A stretch of DNA of 64,000 nucleotides from Bdellovibrionota bacterium (GTDB lineage Bacteria; Bdellovibrionota_C; UBA2361; CAKMMH01). Made by a program: the position numbers and the translations under genes. The notes under the pieces were generated by a model. That model was not told the origin of the DNA. It was given only the letters and a program-made list of their open reading frames with translations, and did no database searches. Location: assembly GCA_050952645.1 (NCBI GenBank), contig JBMNLI010000017.1, forward strand, positions 128,001 through 192,000. The letters run 5' to 3'. Below, in pieces: positions 51,901-60,996 of the stretch (position 1 is its first letter; each line of letters begins with the position of its first letter).

Positions 51901-52006
51901 AGAGAAGCTTTATATAAAATCTAGCAATTATGATTGTGCTATTTCGCTTCCTAAAAAAGAGCTAGATGATATCGTAGTAGATTTTGGCGAGATAGTGTGC
52001 AAATAA
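48905..52006 (+). CDS. Fimbrial usher, CS1/TcfC/EcpC-like (alpha clade)
   Basis: IEIFVP..SKV..YRNN.L...G.QEIDTTRFPQGSY.VDIEIRE, LSPYKTY, TLFPGNI, terminal C..C pair. Confidence 0.85.
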   Translation: MNKKVFFTILFFIGIIAFALPVHSTNTNISVETTKDQTNTSEIFLKNNLKKKASIRLKREKRKSEDLIEKASTNEATSSSYNANNNTNNNTNNNTNNNTNNNTENIIKTKNDIDNKNNNEDNKENNNGNNNDIKILKNENMEARPLGAVWWEDTTKDGASLSETQYNKTQNKTRDGVKQNWWEKTSKGDELIKIKNIKENHNWWEKPKGASKELGSDTEALPWWLDGKNTKEYDKFLQFTDDTATANYDITLFDLYLGDNHVGLALVNYTDKWFTLPEPEDLLEQLSGVKSPSKLLPLLKGKIPNYRNIDGIGEIAIERDTFKLLINVDKENLTETRLAINKLMQNPQNKFSLENRVSFTTYGNIDEDETTNSFAHKTLASYGKQFMLAQGYVDDEDSYELQELNLGTIIDKYSAKGGFLQNRGNTFTPSLNILGMKIETEEQLFLDSDLTKGSRIEIFVPSTSKVLFYRNNILIDYQILNYGLQEIDTTRFPQGSYTVDIEIREYNGRVTRESQFFTKSGLLASRERPIYYASLGSARDKTDIIEIPVLEAGFRVRANDFLETENSIFATESIGIASAALKGLWKNYYFNVEASVSNEGDVGFNTTLNTTFKDTFFSISWTEVPGDSNFANDYTTDSKKDRFLHAASSIKNKRRTVSGNIQRNYKNISYGVQGSYTTNTTRDKKYDEDIYDENFFLISEDNYAIGPWVNVKLLQDETQSLDFKTNYYFKKQDDNLNTQLQYNKRLDSKIYNNTSLSFNKETAKFAKLSNSLTYSGLNTTTNTGLDVNLDVEGSKYEDVDNIPVNSNLQMAYGNRYVYMTGNLNNQLYDSKSNTSYGGTIQSSMILTEDGFGRIMTPQRSNSMVIINIKDKSSSESRNESSSKKSSNSIFSVIVNDIKYTEARANTPTLITLSPYKTYKIRIQSTEDSDLTDYDNKSKVITLFPGNIGEVSWEIKKVFIGIGVIVDESGKPIKHQKIKGVADYVYTEEDGSFQANLTGKEKLYIKSSNYDCAISLPKKELDDIVVDFGEIVCK
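49154..49213 (+). repeat. 5 x 12-bp in-frame tandem repeat (aataataatact)
   Basis: Encodes (NNNT)5 in the usher N-terminal extension. Confidence 0.9.
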
Positions 52007-52157
52007 AATTCTTTATTTTCAATATGTTATAGTAGATATCTATTTTCTTCAAAAATAAATTTAAGAAAAGAAGTATTTTGCTTAAGTTTTTCATCTAAAA
52101 TTCCGTTCATATGTTTCAAGGTTAGTTTTTTTTATTCTTACTTAAAGGAGAGATACA

Positions 52158-52781
52158 ATGAAAAAAATATTTATATTGTTTGCATTATTAGCATTGCCTA
52201 TGTCTAGTTTTGCAGCAACACAAGGTTCAAAGGGTGAAAAATCAGAGGCAACCTCAGTAATTACTTTAAAAATTCCTGAGATGATTATTGCAAATGGGTT
52301 TGCAGACGTTACGCTCGACGTAAATTTGAAAACTCTAGATACTCCTAACCAATTTCCTGAAGGTTCTGCAAATTACACGAAATCTGATACCATATGTGTA
52401 GCAAGTAATAATAGTAGATCTGGTAATAACGAATATTCACTAGTCGTTACGAGTTCTAACAACACTGGTTCTTCAGATTATTTTGTGGTAGATAGCGGTG
52501 GAACTGCGGGCAACAAAGTATATTTTGATTTAAAATATAGTGATGGAGCAACTACTCAAAGTTTAGTTCAGAACCAAGCTAGTAGCACTAGTTATGTTGC
52601 ACATACTTCTTTAATAAGTTGCGATGGGGGTTCGCCGACTGATAATGCTACTTACACGGTAACTTTTACAGATAGAAGTGGGACTACTGGAAGACCAAGT
52701 ATAGATATGGTTCCTGCAGGTGTTTACACGACTACATTAACTTTCTTATTTACTCCTAATAATGAAAGTGATAATTACTAA
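52158..52781 (+). CDS. Putative fimbrial major subunit
   Basis: AAGGAG RBS; signal peptide SFA-ATQG; Cys pair; C-terminal AGVYTTTLTFLFTP strand. Confidence 0.78.
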   Translation: MKKIFILFALLALPMSSFAATQGSKGEKSEATSVITLKIPEMIIANGFADVTLDVNLKTLDTPNQFPEGSANYTKSDTICVASNNSRSGNNEYSLVVTSSNNTGSSDYFVVDSGGTAGNKVYFDLKYSDGATTQSLVQNQASSTSYVAHTSLISCDGGSPTDNATYTVTFTDRSGTTGRPSIDMVPAGVYTTTLTFLFTPNNESDNY

Positions 52782-52819
52782 TTTATTACTATTATTATAA
52801 GTAAGAATAGAATGTAGAT

Positions 52820-52885
52820 AAAAAAGCGAGTGCTTTTATAATTTAATATTTTATATATTAGTTAAATAAGCATCTCGCTTTTTTT
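52820..52885 (+). terminator. Terminator ending the fimbrial operon
   Basis: aaaaaagcgag...ctcgcttttttt. Confidence 0.7.
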
Positions 52886-52996
52886 ATTTAGGCTACTTTT
52901 TTAAATTTATTTAATTAAAGAATTATATTAAATTTACCTATAACTAACACTAAAAATTCCCCAAGTTTCTCTATAAAAATTATTCTAATCGCACTT

Positions 52997-53025
52997 TTGA
53001 CTAAATACTTAATATCCTATATATT
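52997..53025 (+). promoter_or_regulatory. Putative sigma70 promoter of the IS-interrupted gene
   Basis: TTGACT-17 bp-TATATT. Confidence 0.5.
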
Positions 53026-53510
53026 TATTAGTTATCGCTTGTTACATAAGGTTGTATCAAATAGTTGATGGTTTTAAAAAGCTTTACAAAGGATTTTAGA
53101 AAGGAATTTTTATTATGGTGGCAACTTATAAGAATTTTAATGGGATATTGCCTTACAATATACTTTACAATTACAGATTTCATAATAAAATATGGCTAGA
53201 AGCTTTACCATATGAAGAGGGTGCTCACAAATACACGCCAACACTCCAGTTAAGAGAGATGCTGATTTGGCTTGCAATTATTATAGGAGCAGAAAACGTA
53301 TATTTAAAAAAAACTGACATTTTGGTAGGTTCCAAAGGTAGCATTAAATATTTAAATGGCGACGACTTACCTCCTCATATAGATATAAAATGCATAAGTC
53401 CCGACGAGGCTAATAAAAAAGCTGACCAAAAAGCTAACGACTCGGATGCTATCAAATTGTATGTTAATAGAAATGCCACTCAATATCCTTAACTTTGCAA
53501 AAAAGTTCAC

Positions 53511-55199
53511 CTAAAATTTTTTTTGTAATTTTTTATTTATTTGAGCAGCTTTTAATCTTACCTTATCAGCATCTATATCAAACGCATTTAATATAGTTTT
53601 TTGTCTTTTGCTTACTGCATAGCTCAGCTGATATAAATCCTTACTCCCTCTTACCATTTCAATTTTTTCAAGTTCTTTTAATGCGGCAGGAACATTCATA
53701 TAGTTTGGCTTTTTTGTTAGCTTAGAAAGTTCTTCATTAAGTAGAATATAAATGCGATTGCGAATTATAAGTGCTATAAACTCTATAAAAATTTTAGCAG
53801 ATACTGCCTGAGATGAATGAACTCTCATACTTTTTGAGCCTAAAAAAGTCTTATCAATAGCAAAAAGTTTCTCAGTTGCGTCTCTACCCTTGTAAAGTAT
53901 TATAGCTTCTTTAGCACTCATTTCTTCCGAACTAACAAGACAAAAATACCCACATAAATTAAGAGCCTTTTGAATTTCATCTGCTCTCTCTTCTACTTTT
54001 CTTAACTTTCCTTGATTGTCATAACTTAAATCAAAAAATTGCTTATACGTTTGTCCAAACTTTGTATCTTTGCCAATATGGTTTTTTAAAAATTGTTCAA
54101 ACTCCTCTAATTTAATTTCTAGTTGCTCCCTCTCAAATGCTTGCTTTTCCGCACTAAAATAAACATGAAAATAACGCTCCTTACTATCATCATCATATAA
54201 TTTTGATTTCACTGTAGTGCCATATACCTTGTATAAGCGAATACTACAGTCTCTTTTAGACTCAAATGTATTCCTGTTTTCTTCTACTAATTTAGAAACT
54301 AAAGCCTTACACCCTTTTACCATCAATAAAAAAGAAAAACCACTATTATCCATATATTGAATATTATATTTACTAAAATAACCACGGTCTAAAATAAATC
54401 CTATCTTTTTATATCCATACTCTATAACCTTATCTGCCATATGAGTAAATTGAGAAACGTCTGTAATAGAACCAGGATACTCTTCGTAAAATAACGGAAC
54501 TCTATTCGTTTGATCAAAGGCAATGGATAAATTAAATACTGGGAATCCTTTTTCGTCTTTCGCTTTACCAAACTCTACTAATTCAACATCACCTGCTTGA
54601 CAGTTCTTATTAGTCGAATCATATGAAACGTAAACCATTTGATTGCGATCTTTTCCCTTGTTCCAATCGTCAAGAAAGTTAATTATCTGCTCTTTGCTAA
54701 CAGAAGAAAGAAAACGACTTATGGTAGAATCACTATAGATGCGCATACCTTTTGTAAAGAGTGGATGAGAAAAGGCGTAGTCTGGATAATACTGACTGAC
54801 ATTCTCTTCATTTACAATAAAATAACTCGCTAAATCAAGTATAAGTTCACTACGTTCACCAAAATGTTTTTTTAGTAAAAAAGGCAAATTAAATTCATTT
54901 GCTACTTTTTCAATCACCAAGTGGGGACCTATACGAAGACAACAACTGCGTGAAGCGTCTGAAAATTTCTCGGGCATAGGGGCATCTGGAAAATAATTAC
55001 TATAATTGTCATTAGGGTACATAATATCATCTCTACCATCAACTAATTTTCCAATAACGCTACGCTTTGGATTAGTATACTGTTTCTCTTTATTATAAGT
55101 GCGATCGTATTCAAAAAGCACATATTTTGCTTCCCCTTTTTCTCTTATAATTATTTTATTTCTTTGCTCTGGTAATGGAACTGTTCGATTGTAATTCAT
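53511..55199 (-). CDS. DDE transposase, IS1634-family-like
   Basis: YDSTN, FGKAKD, YPGSITDV, LDRGYFS, Y..R...E signature (YKGRDATEKLF); AGGAGG RBS; stop codon inside the TIR. Confidence 0.92.
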   Translation of the reverse strand: MNYNRTVPLPEQRNKIIIREKGEAKYVLFEYDRTYNKEKQYTNPKRSVIGKLVDGRDDIMYPNDNYSNYFPDAPMPEKFSDASRSCCLRIGPHLVIEKVANEFNLPFLLKKHFGERSELILDLASYFIVNEENVSQYYPDYAFSHPLFTKGMRIYSDSTISRFLSSVSKEQIINFLDDWNKGKDRNQMVYVSYDSTNKNCQAGDVELVEFGKAKDEKGFPVFNLSIAFDQTNRVPLFYEEYPGSITDVSQFTHMADKVIEYGYKKIGFILDRGYFSKYNIQYMDNSGFSFLLMVKGCKALVSKLVEENRNTFESKRDCSIRLYKVYGTTVKSKLYDDDSKERYFHVYFSAEKQAFEREQLEIKLEEFEQFLKNHIGKDTKFGQTYKQFFDLSYDNQGKLRKVEERADEIQKALNLCGYFCLVSSEEMSAKEAIILYKGRDATEKLFAIDKTFLGSKSMRVHSSQAVSAKIFIEFIALIIRNRIYILLNEELSKLTKKPNYMNVPAALKELEKIEMVRGSKDLYQLSYAVSKRQKTILNAFDIDADKVRLKAAQINKKLQKKF

Positions 55200-55231
55200 A
55201 AAACCTCCTTTAGGTTAACGGTTGCACTAAA

Positions 55232-55260
55232 AGTATAGCATAGTAAATACACAGATGCAA
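55232..55260 (-). promoter_or_regulatory. Putative sigma70 promoter of the transposase
   Basis: Minus strand TTGCAT-17 bp-TATACT. Confidence 0.6.
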
Positions 55261-55744
55261 GTAAAAAAATGCATAATTTAACGATTATTTCTTATTTATT
55301 TTAATTGATTATTTGTTTAGGTGAACTTTTTTGAAAAGTTAAGGAATATATCGCATACGAGTTAAAAAATTATGCGATTTACACGAGAGTTTTAGATTAT
55401 CTCTATAATTGGTCGATAAACTTCAGAGATTTGCGAGTACTAACACTTAACAAATATGAGGCTAATAAGTTCAATTATAAAGATTTCCCTGGGGCAGTAT
55501 CATTAAGACAAGGAATTAATAAATGCAGGAAAAAATACGACGAAGCATTTTTTGCTAATAACAACTCAGTTTTTTTTGTTGTAAATTTTGAAAAAACTGG
55601 GACTTCTCGATGCCCTTCAGTTGATAACATTCTCTGTTATTTTCGTGAAAGAGGACCATTTCGGGGAAATTATATTCTCCATCCTAAATGTGCTATTGCT
55701 ATTTGACTAATAAAATCACGTAGGATGAGCAAGCGACAATTTAT

Positions 55745-55804
55745 GCGACTTTAGAGCTAAAAAGTTTAAATGCTTTTTATGCTTTTAAAGTCGCTATTTT
55801 TTTT
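55745..55804 (+). terminator. Stem-loop terminator between the orphan and convergent obgE
   Basis: gcgacttta...taaagtcgc followed by a T run. Confidence 0.7.
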
Positions 55805-55864
55805 ACCTCTTAACTTTTCCCTATTTTTTAAAATTTTTTCTTAAAAACTTCTTAAAACTCCTAC

Positions 55865-56863
55865 TTATCCTACTATCTTTTGTGAAATTCTATAAAGTAG
55901 CTCTTTTAAGCCTTCTCCTGCTACGCTTGAAATTAAGAAAACTTCCTTGCCTTTTGCATCGAAATATTCTTTAGCTTTTATTAAATAATCTTTATCTGCT
56001 ACCGCATCAATTTTACTAAATACTATAAACTCATCTTTCTTAACTAATAACTTTGAAAACGCACTTAACTCTATTCTTATTTTATTATACGCTTCTACAA
56101 TATCTTTATCGCTACCTAAAATAGATACATCGATTAAATGCACTAAAATCTTACACCTTTCAACATGCTTTAAAAAAGTAATTCCTAACCCCTTTCCCTT
56201 ACTAGCATCTGGGATAAGCCCTGGGATATCTGCCATCACGAAATCGCTATCTCCTACCTTTACCACTCCTAAATTTGGAACTAGCGTTGTAAATGGATAA
56301 TCTGCAATTTTAGGTCTCGATGCTGAAACTTTAGAAATTAAAGTAGATTTTCCAGCATTAGGAAAACCAATTAAACCAACATCCGCAACTAACTTTAGCG
56401 AAAACAAAACTTCTAACTCTTCCCCTACTTCTCCTTGCTGATACTTTATGGGTGCTTGATTTGTGCTACTTTTAAAAAACGCATTCCCTTTACCACCACG
56501 CCCACCTTTTGCTACTACGAAACTTTTCTCATCTTCATCTAAGTCTACAAGCAAAGCACTATCACTAACTCTAAAAATTTGCGTTCCTACAGGAACTTTA
56601 ATTATTAAATCTTCTCCATTTTTCCCAGTCTTTCTATTAGTTCCACCAGCTTCACCACTTTTAGCTACCCATTTAGACATAAAACGAAAATCTAACAACG
56701 TATGCTTATTTCTATCGGCAACAAAAATTACATCTCCCCCTTTTCCACCATCGCCACCATCTGGTCCCCCTAATGGAACGTATTTCTCACGTCTAAAATG
56801 GCTAGCCCCTTTTCCTCCATCTCCTGCTTTTACAAAAATTGTAGCTTCATCGATAAACTTCAT
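55865..56863 (-). CDS. obgE: GTPase ObgE/CgtA
   Basis: FRREKYVPLGGPDGGDGG, GFPNAGKST, DYPFTTLVPNLG, ADIPGL. Confidence 0.97.
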   Translation of the reverse strand: MKFIDEATIFVKAGDGGKGASHFRREKYVPLGGPDGGDGGKGGDVIFVADRNKHTLLDFRFMSKWVAKSGEAGGTNRKTGKNGEDLIIKVPVGTQIFRVSDSALLVDLDEDEKSFVVAKGGRGGKGNAFFKSSTNQAPIKYQQGEVGEELEVLFSLKLVADVGLIGFPNAGKSTLISKVSASRPKIADYPFTTLVPNLGVVKVGDSDFVMADIPGLIPDASKGKGLGITFLKHVERCKILVHLIDVSILGSDKDIVEAYNKIRIELSAFSKLLVKKDEFIVFSKIDAVADKDYLIKAKEYFDAKGKEVFLISSVAGEGLKELLYRISQKIVG

Positions 56864-57010
56864 AACAAAACTTTATAAAATGATTTAAAAATAAAATATT
56901 ATTAAACTAGAGAAAACTGTTAGGGATAACACGCACTTTAAGATGAAATTTATTTTTCAAGTTTCTTTTTTTAGCTAGACTTAAATTAAAAAAATCATCA
57001 CTAAAAAAAA

Positions 57011-57113
57011 GGCTCTTCACGTTTTAAGGTAGGTTTTAGACCTTAAAATTAGTATCACACACCCCACGAAGCCCAAAAAACAATTTTTCTAACCCACCTA
57101 AAACGTGAAGAAC
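57011..57113 (+). mobile_element. MITE-like element, full-length copy 2
   Basis: Differs from 33878-33980 at two positions; flanked by A8 on both sides. Confidence 0.88.
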
Positions 57114-57297
57114 AAAAAAAAGAAACTTAAATAAATATATAAACTTTAAAAGGAACAAAAATGAAAAAAATTAACTAAAATATAATAATAAAATAAAAAA
57201 TAAAACTGTGAAAATATTAAAAATCACTAATCTTCTTTAAGCTACTTTATTTTAGTCGCCTTGTTTTAGCCACTTTGTTTTAGCCATCTTACATTTT

Positions 57298-57549
57298 TTA
57301 ACTATTAGCTATAACATTAACCGTATTTTTCCTGCCTTCTTTAAACTCTACAACGCCATCTGTCAATGCAAACAATGTATAATCTTTTCCTAAGCCAACG
57401 TTTACGCCTGGGTGAAAAGTCGTTCCTCTTTGTCTTACTAAAATATTTCCTGCTACTACCGATTGCCCACCAAACTTCTTAACGCCTAGCCTCTTCCCTC
57501 TACTATCTCTTCCATTCCTAGAACTACCACTCGCTTTCTTATGTGCCAT
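57298..57549 (-). CDS. rpmA: 50S ribosomal protein L27
   Basis: [32 protein letters not shown]. Confidence 0.98.
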   Translation of the reverse strand: MAHKKASGSSRNGRDSRGKRLGVKKFGGQSVVAGNILVRQRGTTFHPGVNVGLGKDYTLFALTDGVVEFKEGRKNTVNVIANS

Positions 57550-57663
57550 TTTTATTCTCCCTAAAAAATTTTGTCTTTGCTTAAAATAACTTAAAAATAA
57601 ACTCTATTTAATGCATATCAATTTAATGTATTTTTTTAATGCATTTTTAAAGTATATAGAATT

Positions 57664-58059
57664 TTAAGCATTAATACTTTGAATTGAAATCTTAGTTAAA
57701 TTTTGACGATGACCTTGTCTATTAGTATAACCTTGACGACGTTTCTTTTTAAATACTAACAACTTTTCACCTTTAAATTGAGATAAAACTTTTGCTTTAA
57801 CATTTGCTCCCTCAACTAAAGGAGTGCCTACTTTTAAAGTGCCATCGTTTACTAACAAGACATTATCTAAAATTACCTCATCGCCCTTTTCTGCATTTAA
57901 AGTTTCTACATCGATTATATTACCTACACTTACTTTATATTGTTTTCCACCAGTAGCAATAACTGCATAAGGCTTAAACTCATCTTTGATTTCTTTTGTA
58001 GTTTCTTTTTTAGTTTCTTTTATTTGATCTACATTTTCCATTTTTTTACCATCTTCCAT
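57664..58059 (-). CDS. rplU: 50S ribosomal protein L21 with N-terminal extension
   Basis: YAVIATGGKQYKV, FKKKRRQGY, GHRQ. Confidence 0.96.
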   Translation of the reverse strand: MEDGKKMENVDQIKETKKETTKEIKDEFKPYAVIATGGKQYKVSVGNIIDVETLNAEKGDEVILDNVLLVNDGTLKVGTPLVEGANVKAKVLSQFKGEKLLVFKKKRRQGYTNRQGHRQNLTKISIQSINA

Positions 58060-58344
58060 TTTTCAATAACTTCTTAAATACACTAAATATTTGACTAATA
58101 TTTATCACGATTATATTCACGACTTTATCTTAACTTAAGTAGTGATCTTAAGTAGTGTTTAAAAATTCATAAACACGTAAAGACACGCTTTTGTAAGAAT
58201 ACATATTTTTAATGAATAAATCAAGTTTACATAAAAAATAAAAAACATCTGTCTAAAAAAGCGTTTTTACATTATATTGTAGGAGTAGTATAATCAACAA
58301 TTAAAATAAATGATATATCAAATAATATATTTAAGGTTATAAAT

Positions 58345-59034
58345 ATGGAAATAAAAGCTACCGTAGCAATAATAGATGATGATAGTTCTGTAAGAAAATC
58401 TGTAGTGCTAAATTTTGAACCCGAAGGCTTCAAAGTGCTTGAAGCCGAAGATGGCATCAAGGGAATAAGTTTAGTCAAAGAAAAAAAACCTGATGTAATT
58501 ATTCTAGATATAAAAATGCCAAGAAAAGACGGCTTTCAAGTGTGTAAAGAGTTAAGAAATAAAGGGATTTCTACCCCACTAATATTACTAACGGCTAGAA
58601 GCGAAGAGGTAGACAAGGTTTTAGGTTTAGAGCTTGGAGCCGATGATTACTTAGCTAAGCCTTTTGGAATGTTAGAGCTTTTAGCGAGAGTTAAAGCTTT
58701 GCTTCGTAGAAATAGAGGAACGCAAGAACTTGAAAAAATAGAATTTTCTAATATAAAAATCGACTTTAAGGCTTATAAGGCAGAAAAAAATCGAAAGCCT
58801 ATCGACCTTTCAGCTAGAGAATATAGATTATTAAAATGCTTAATATCTAAAAAAGGAAGCGTCGTAACTAGAGACGAACTCCTAGACGAGGTATGGGGTT
58901 ATAACACCTACCCTACTACTAGAACGGTTGATAACCATATAGCTAGACTTAGACAGAAAATAGAAGAAACTAGTGCATCAGCTCCAAAGCATATCTTAAC
59001 CGTCCATGGAGTCGGATATAAATTTGTAGTGTGA
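58345..59034 (+). CDS. OmpR/PhoB-family response regulator (no adjacent kinase)
   Basis: IIDDD, ILDIKMP, LTAR, GADDYLAKPF, TRTVDNHIARLRQK, TVHGVGY. Confidence 0.95.
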   Translation: MEIKATVAIIDDDSSVRKSVVLNFEPEGFKVLEAEDGIKGISLVKEKKPDVIILDIKMPRKDGFQVCKELRNKGISTPLILLTARSEEVDKVLGLELGADDYLAKPFGMLELLARVKALLRRNRGTQELEKIEFSNIKIDFKAYKAEKNRKPIDLSAREYRLLKCLISKKGSVVTRDELLDEVWGYNTYPTTRTVDNHIARLRQKIEETSASAPKHILTVHGVGYKFVV

Positions 59035-59275
59035 ATTTTAGTTCTTCACGTTTTGATATAATAATTTGATATAATAATTAGTTGATAAAATTAAAGCTAA
59101 CCTAGAAGTCCTTTTTATTTACTTTATTTTATTTACTTTATTTACGAATAATTTATCTTTAAAGCTAAGTCAACTTGTTAGTATTAAAAAAATAATCTAA
59201 TATATTAACCGTGCAATATAAATCACAAAAAAATTTAATAATAATAAATTTAAATAATAAACTTAAATAATAAAT

Positions 59276-59656
59276 ATGACTCGGAAAAATATCAATACTT
59301 TAGAACTAGTAGAAAACATCACTAAAATTGCCTCAGAAACTAAAGCGATCGATTTAAAAGCAATCGATTTAAAAAACATCTCATCTCTAGCAGATTATCT
59401 AGTAATTGCTAGTGCACGCTCACAAAAACAAGTCCAAGGTATCGCACGCAATATAACGGATAAATTACGAAAAATAGGTTTTAAAACTTATTCAATCGAA
59501 GGATTTACTACAGGACATTGGATACTTATCGATTACAATGATGTTATCGTTCATATCTTTCTAGATGATATAAGAGCGCATTATGAATTCGATGAGCTTT
59601 TAAGCGATTATAAACAGATTAACGTTGACCAAGAAACTGGAGATTTAATTTTATGA
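59276..59656 (+). CDS. rsfS: Ribosome silencing factor
   Basis: ADYLVIASA, WILIDYNDVIVHIF, R..YE. Confidence 0.92.
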   Translation: MTRKNINTLELVENITKIASETKAIDLKAIDLKNISSLADYLVIASARSQKQVQGIARNITDKLRKIGFKTYSIEGFTTGHWILIDYNDVIVHIFLDDIRAHYEFDELLSDYKQINVDQETGDLIL

Positions 59657-60936
59657 TTAAACTAATAAAAAAAATTACTTTCGTGCTATGTGTTATATTA
59701 GTAGTCGTATTTATTATCGTAAATAATCACACCGATACTAAGTTAATATTCTGGCCTAATAAATCCGTGCAAACTGGGCTTGGCATCGTTTTAATTACTA
59801 GTTTCGTTTTCGGTTTTCTAATCGCTACCATTATTGGAAGTTATTTCTCATTTAAATCGTATTTAAAAGAAAAAAAACTTTTAAAAGAGAGGAGCAAGCA
59901 AGAGACTGTTTCTAAAAAAATCTTAGAAGCTAGAGTGCATACTTGTTTAAAAGATTACGACAAAGCTATAAAACTATGGAACGATTTAATAAAAATAGAA
60001 AAAACTTTTTTAGTGCCTTATATCGAAATAGCAAAAATTTATATAGAAAAAGGCGACTACAACTCTTCGCTAAAAATATTACAAACGGCTTTAAACTTTT
60101 CTAATAACAATAAAAATAATAATGGAAACGAAAATGAAGAAGTGTTATTTTATTTAGCCTTAACACATAATTTGCTACAAAACAATGCATCGGCCTTAAA
60201 TTATTACACTAGAATTTACGGGACTAAACCCTGCGCCCTAATCGCTAAGCTTGCTAGAGACGAAGCTATAAGCATAAAACAATACGACGATGCTCTTTTA
60301 TATCAAAAGAGCTTAAACTCTTTAGTAAAGGATAAAGATAAAAATGCAATCATAAAAAATGATGATAAAGAAAGCGATAAAGAAAACGATATAGAAAACA
60401 ATATAGAAAACAATATAAAGTATTTAAAAATATTAAAAGAAACTAAAGATGGAAGTGATGAACAAATATCAAGGCTAAAAGAATTTCATAAGATTGCACC
60501 TTCGCACATTGATACTGGATTAAAATTAAGCGAGCTTTTATTAAAAAAAGAAGATGTAAAACAAGCCTTGCTAGTTTTAACAAAAGTAGCAACTAATAGT
60601 AAAAAAGCATTCCTTTGGAAACGTATTATAGATATTTGGATAGAGAGCAATGAGCCTAAGAAAGCTATAAGCGCTATAAATACGGCTATAAAAGAGGCTA
60701 ATTCAAAGGAAATGATAAAAACTTATTTTATTGCGATAGAAAGTTTTATAAAACTCTCTATGCTTGATGATGCACGTGCTTACTTTGAAATGCTTGAAAA
60801 ATATGTAAAAGATAATAATATCGAGTTTAATGAAAAAGAAAAATTATTATTTGAGTTTTCTAACAATATTCTTTTCAGCAAAAAAAATATTAGCAATATA
60901 AATTTTAGTTCTTTTCTTTGTGAAAAAACTAAATAA
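59653..60936 (+). CDS. LapA-like membrane domain fused to TPR repeats (LapB-like, no rubredoxin motif seen)
   Basis: Two N-terminal TM segments (FIIVNN...LITSFVFGFLI) followed by TPR helices. Confidence 0.65.
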   Translation: MIKLIKKITFVLCVILVVVFIIVNNHTDTKLIFWPNKSVQTGLGIVLITSFVFGFLIATIIGSYFSFKSYLKEKKLLKERSKQETVSKKILEARVHTCLKDYDKAIKLWNDLIKIEKTFLVPYIEIAKIYIEKGDYNSSLKILQTALNFSNNNKNNNGNENEEVLFYLALTHNLLQNNASALNYYTRIYGTKPCALIAKLARDEAISIKQYDDALLYQKSLNSLVKDKDKNAIIKNDDKESDKENDIENNIENNIKYLKILKETKDGSDEQISRLKEFHKIAPSHIDTGLKLSELLLKKEDVKQALLVLTKVATNSKKAFLWKRIIDIWIESNEPKKAISAINTAIKEANSKEMIKTYFIAIESFIKLSMLDDARAYFEMLEKYVKDNNIEFNEKEKLLFEFSNNILFSKKNISNINFSSFLCEKTK

Positions 60937-60996
60937 AAAAACTTTAATAAGACCTAATAATTTATTATAAATACTATTTAACTTTTAGGAGGAAAC

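Larger units (their letters stand above)
53487..55344 (-). mobile_element. Complete insertion sequence, IS1634-like (1858 bp)
   Basis: 29-bp TIRs ccttaactttgcaaaaaagttcacctaaa (28/29 match); 5-bp target duplication AATAT at 53482-53486 and 55345-55349. Confidence 0.93.
53115..55706 (+). pseudogene. Orphan gene of 242 aa split by an IS insertion (53115-53486 plus 55350-55706)
   Basis: Removing the IS and one AATAT copy restores a continuous frame ...NATQY-IAYELKN...RDLRVLTL...CAIAI. Confidence 0.9.

Noticed and set aside
53487..55344. IS1634-like element as the mobiliser of the MITE family
   Set aside because: Its TIR sequence (CCTTAAC...) and 5-bp duplication do not match the MITE (GGYTCTTCACG..., 8 bp).
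58134..58158. Direct repeat cttaagtagtg x2 as an OmpR-type operator
   Set aside because: It cannot be distinguished from the background of short tandem duplications.
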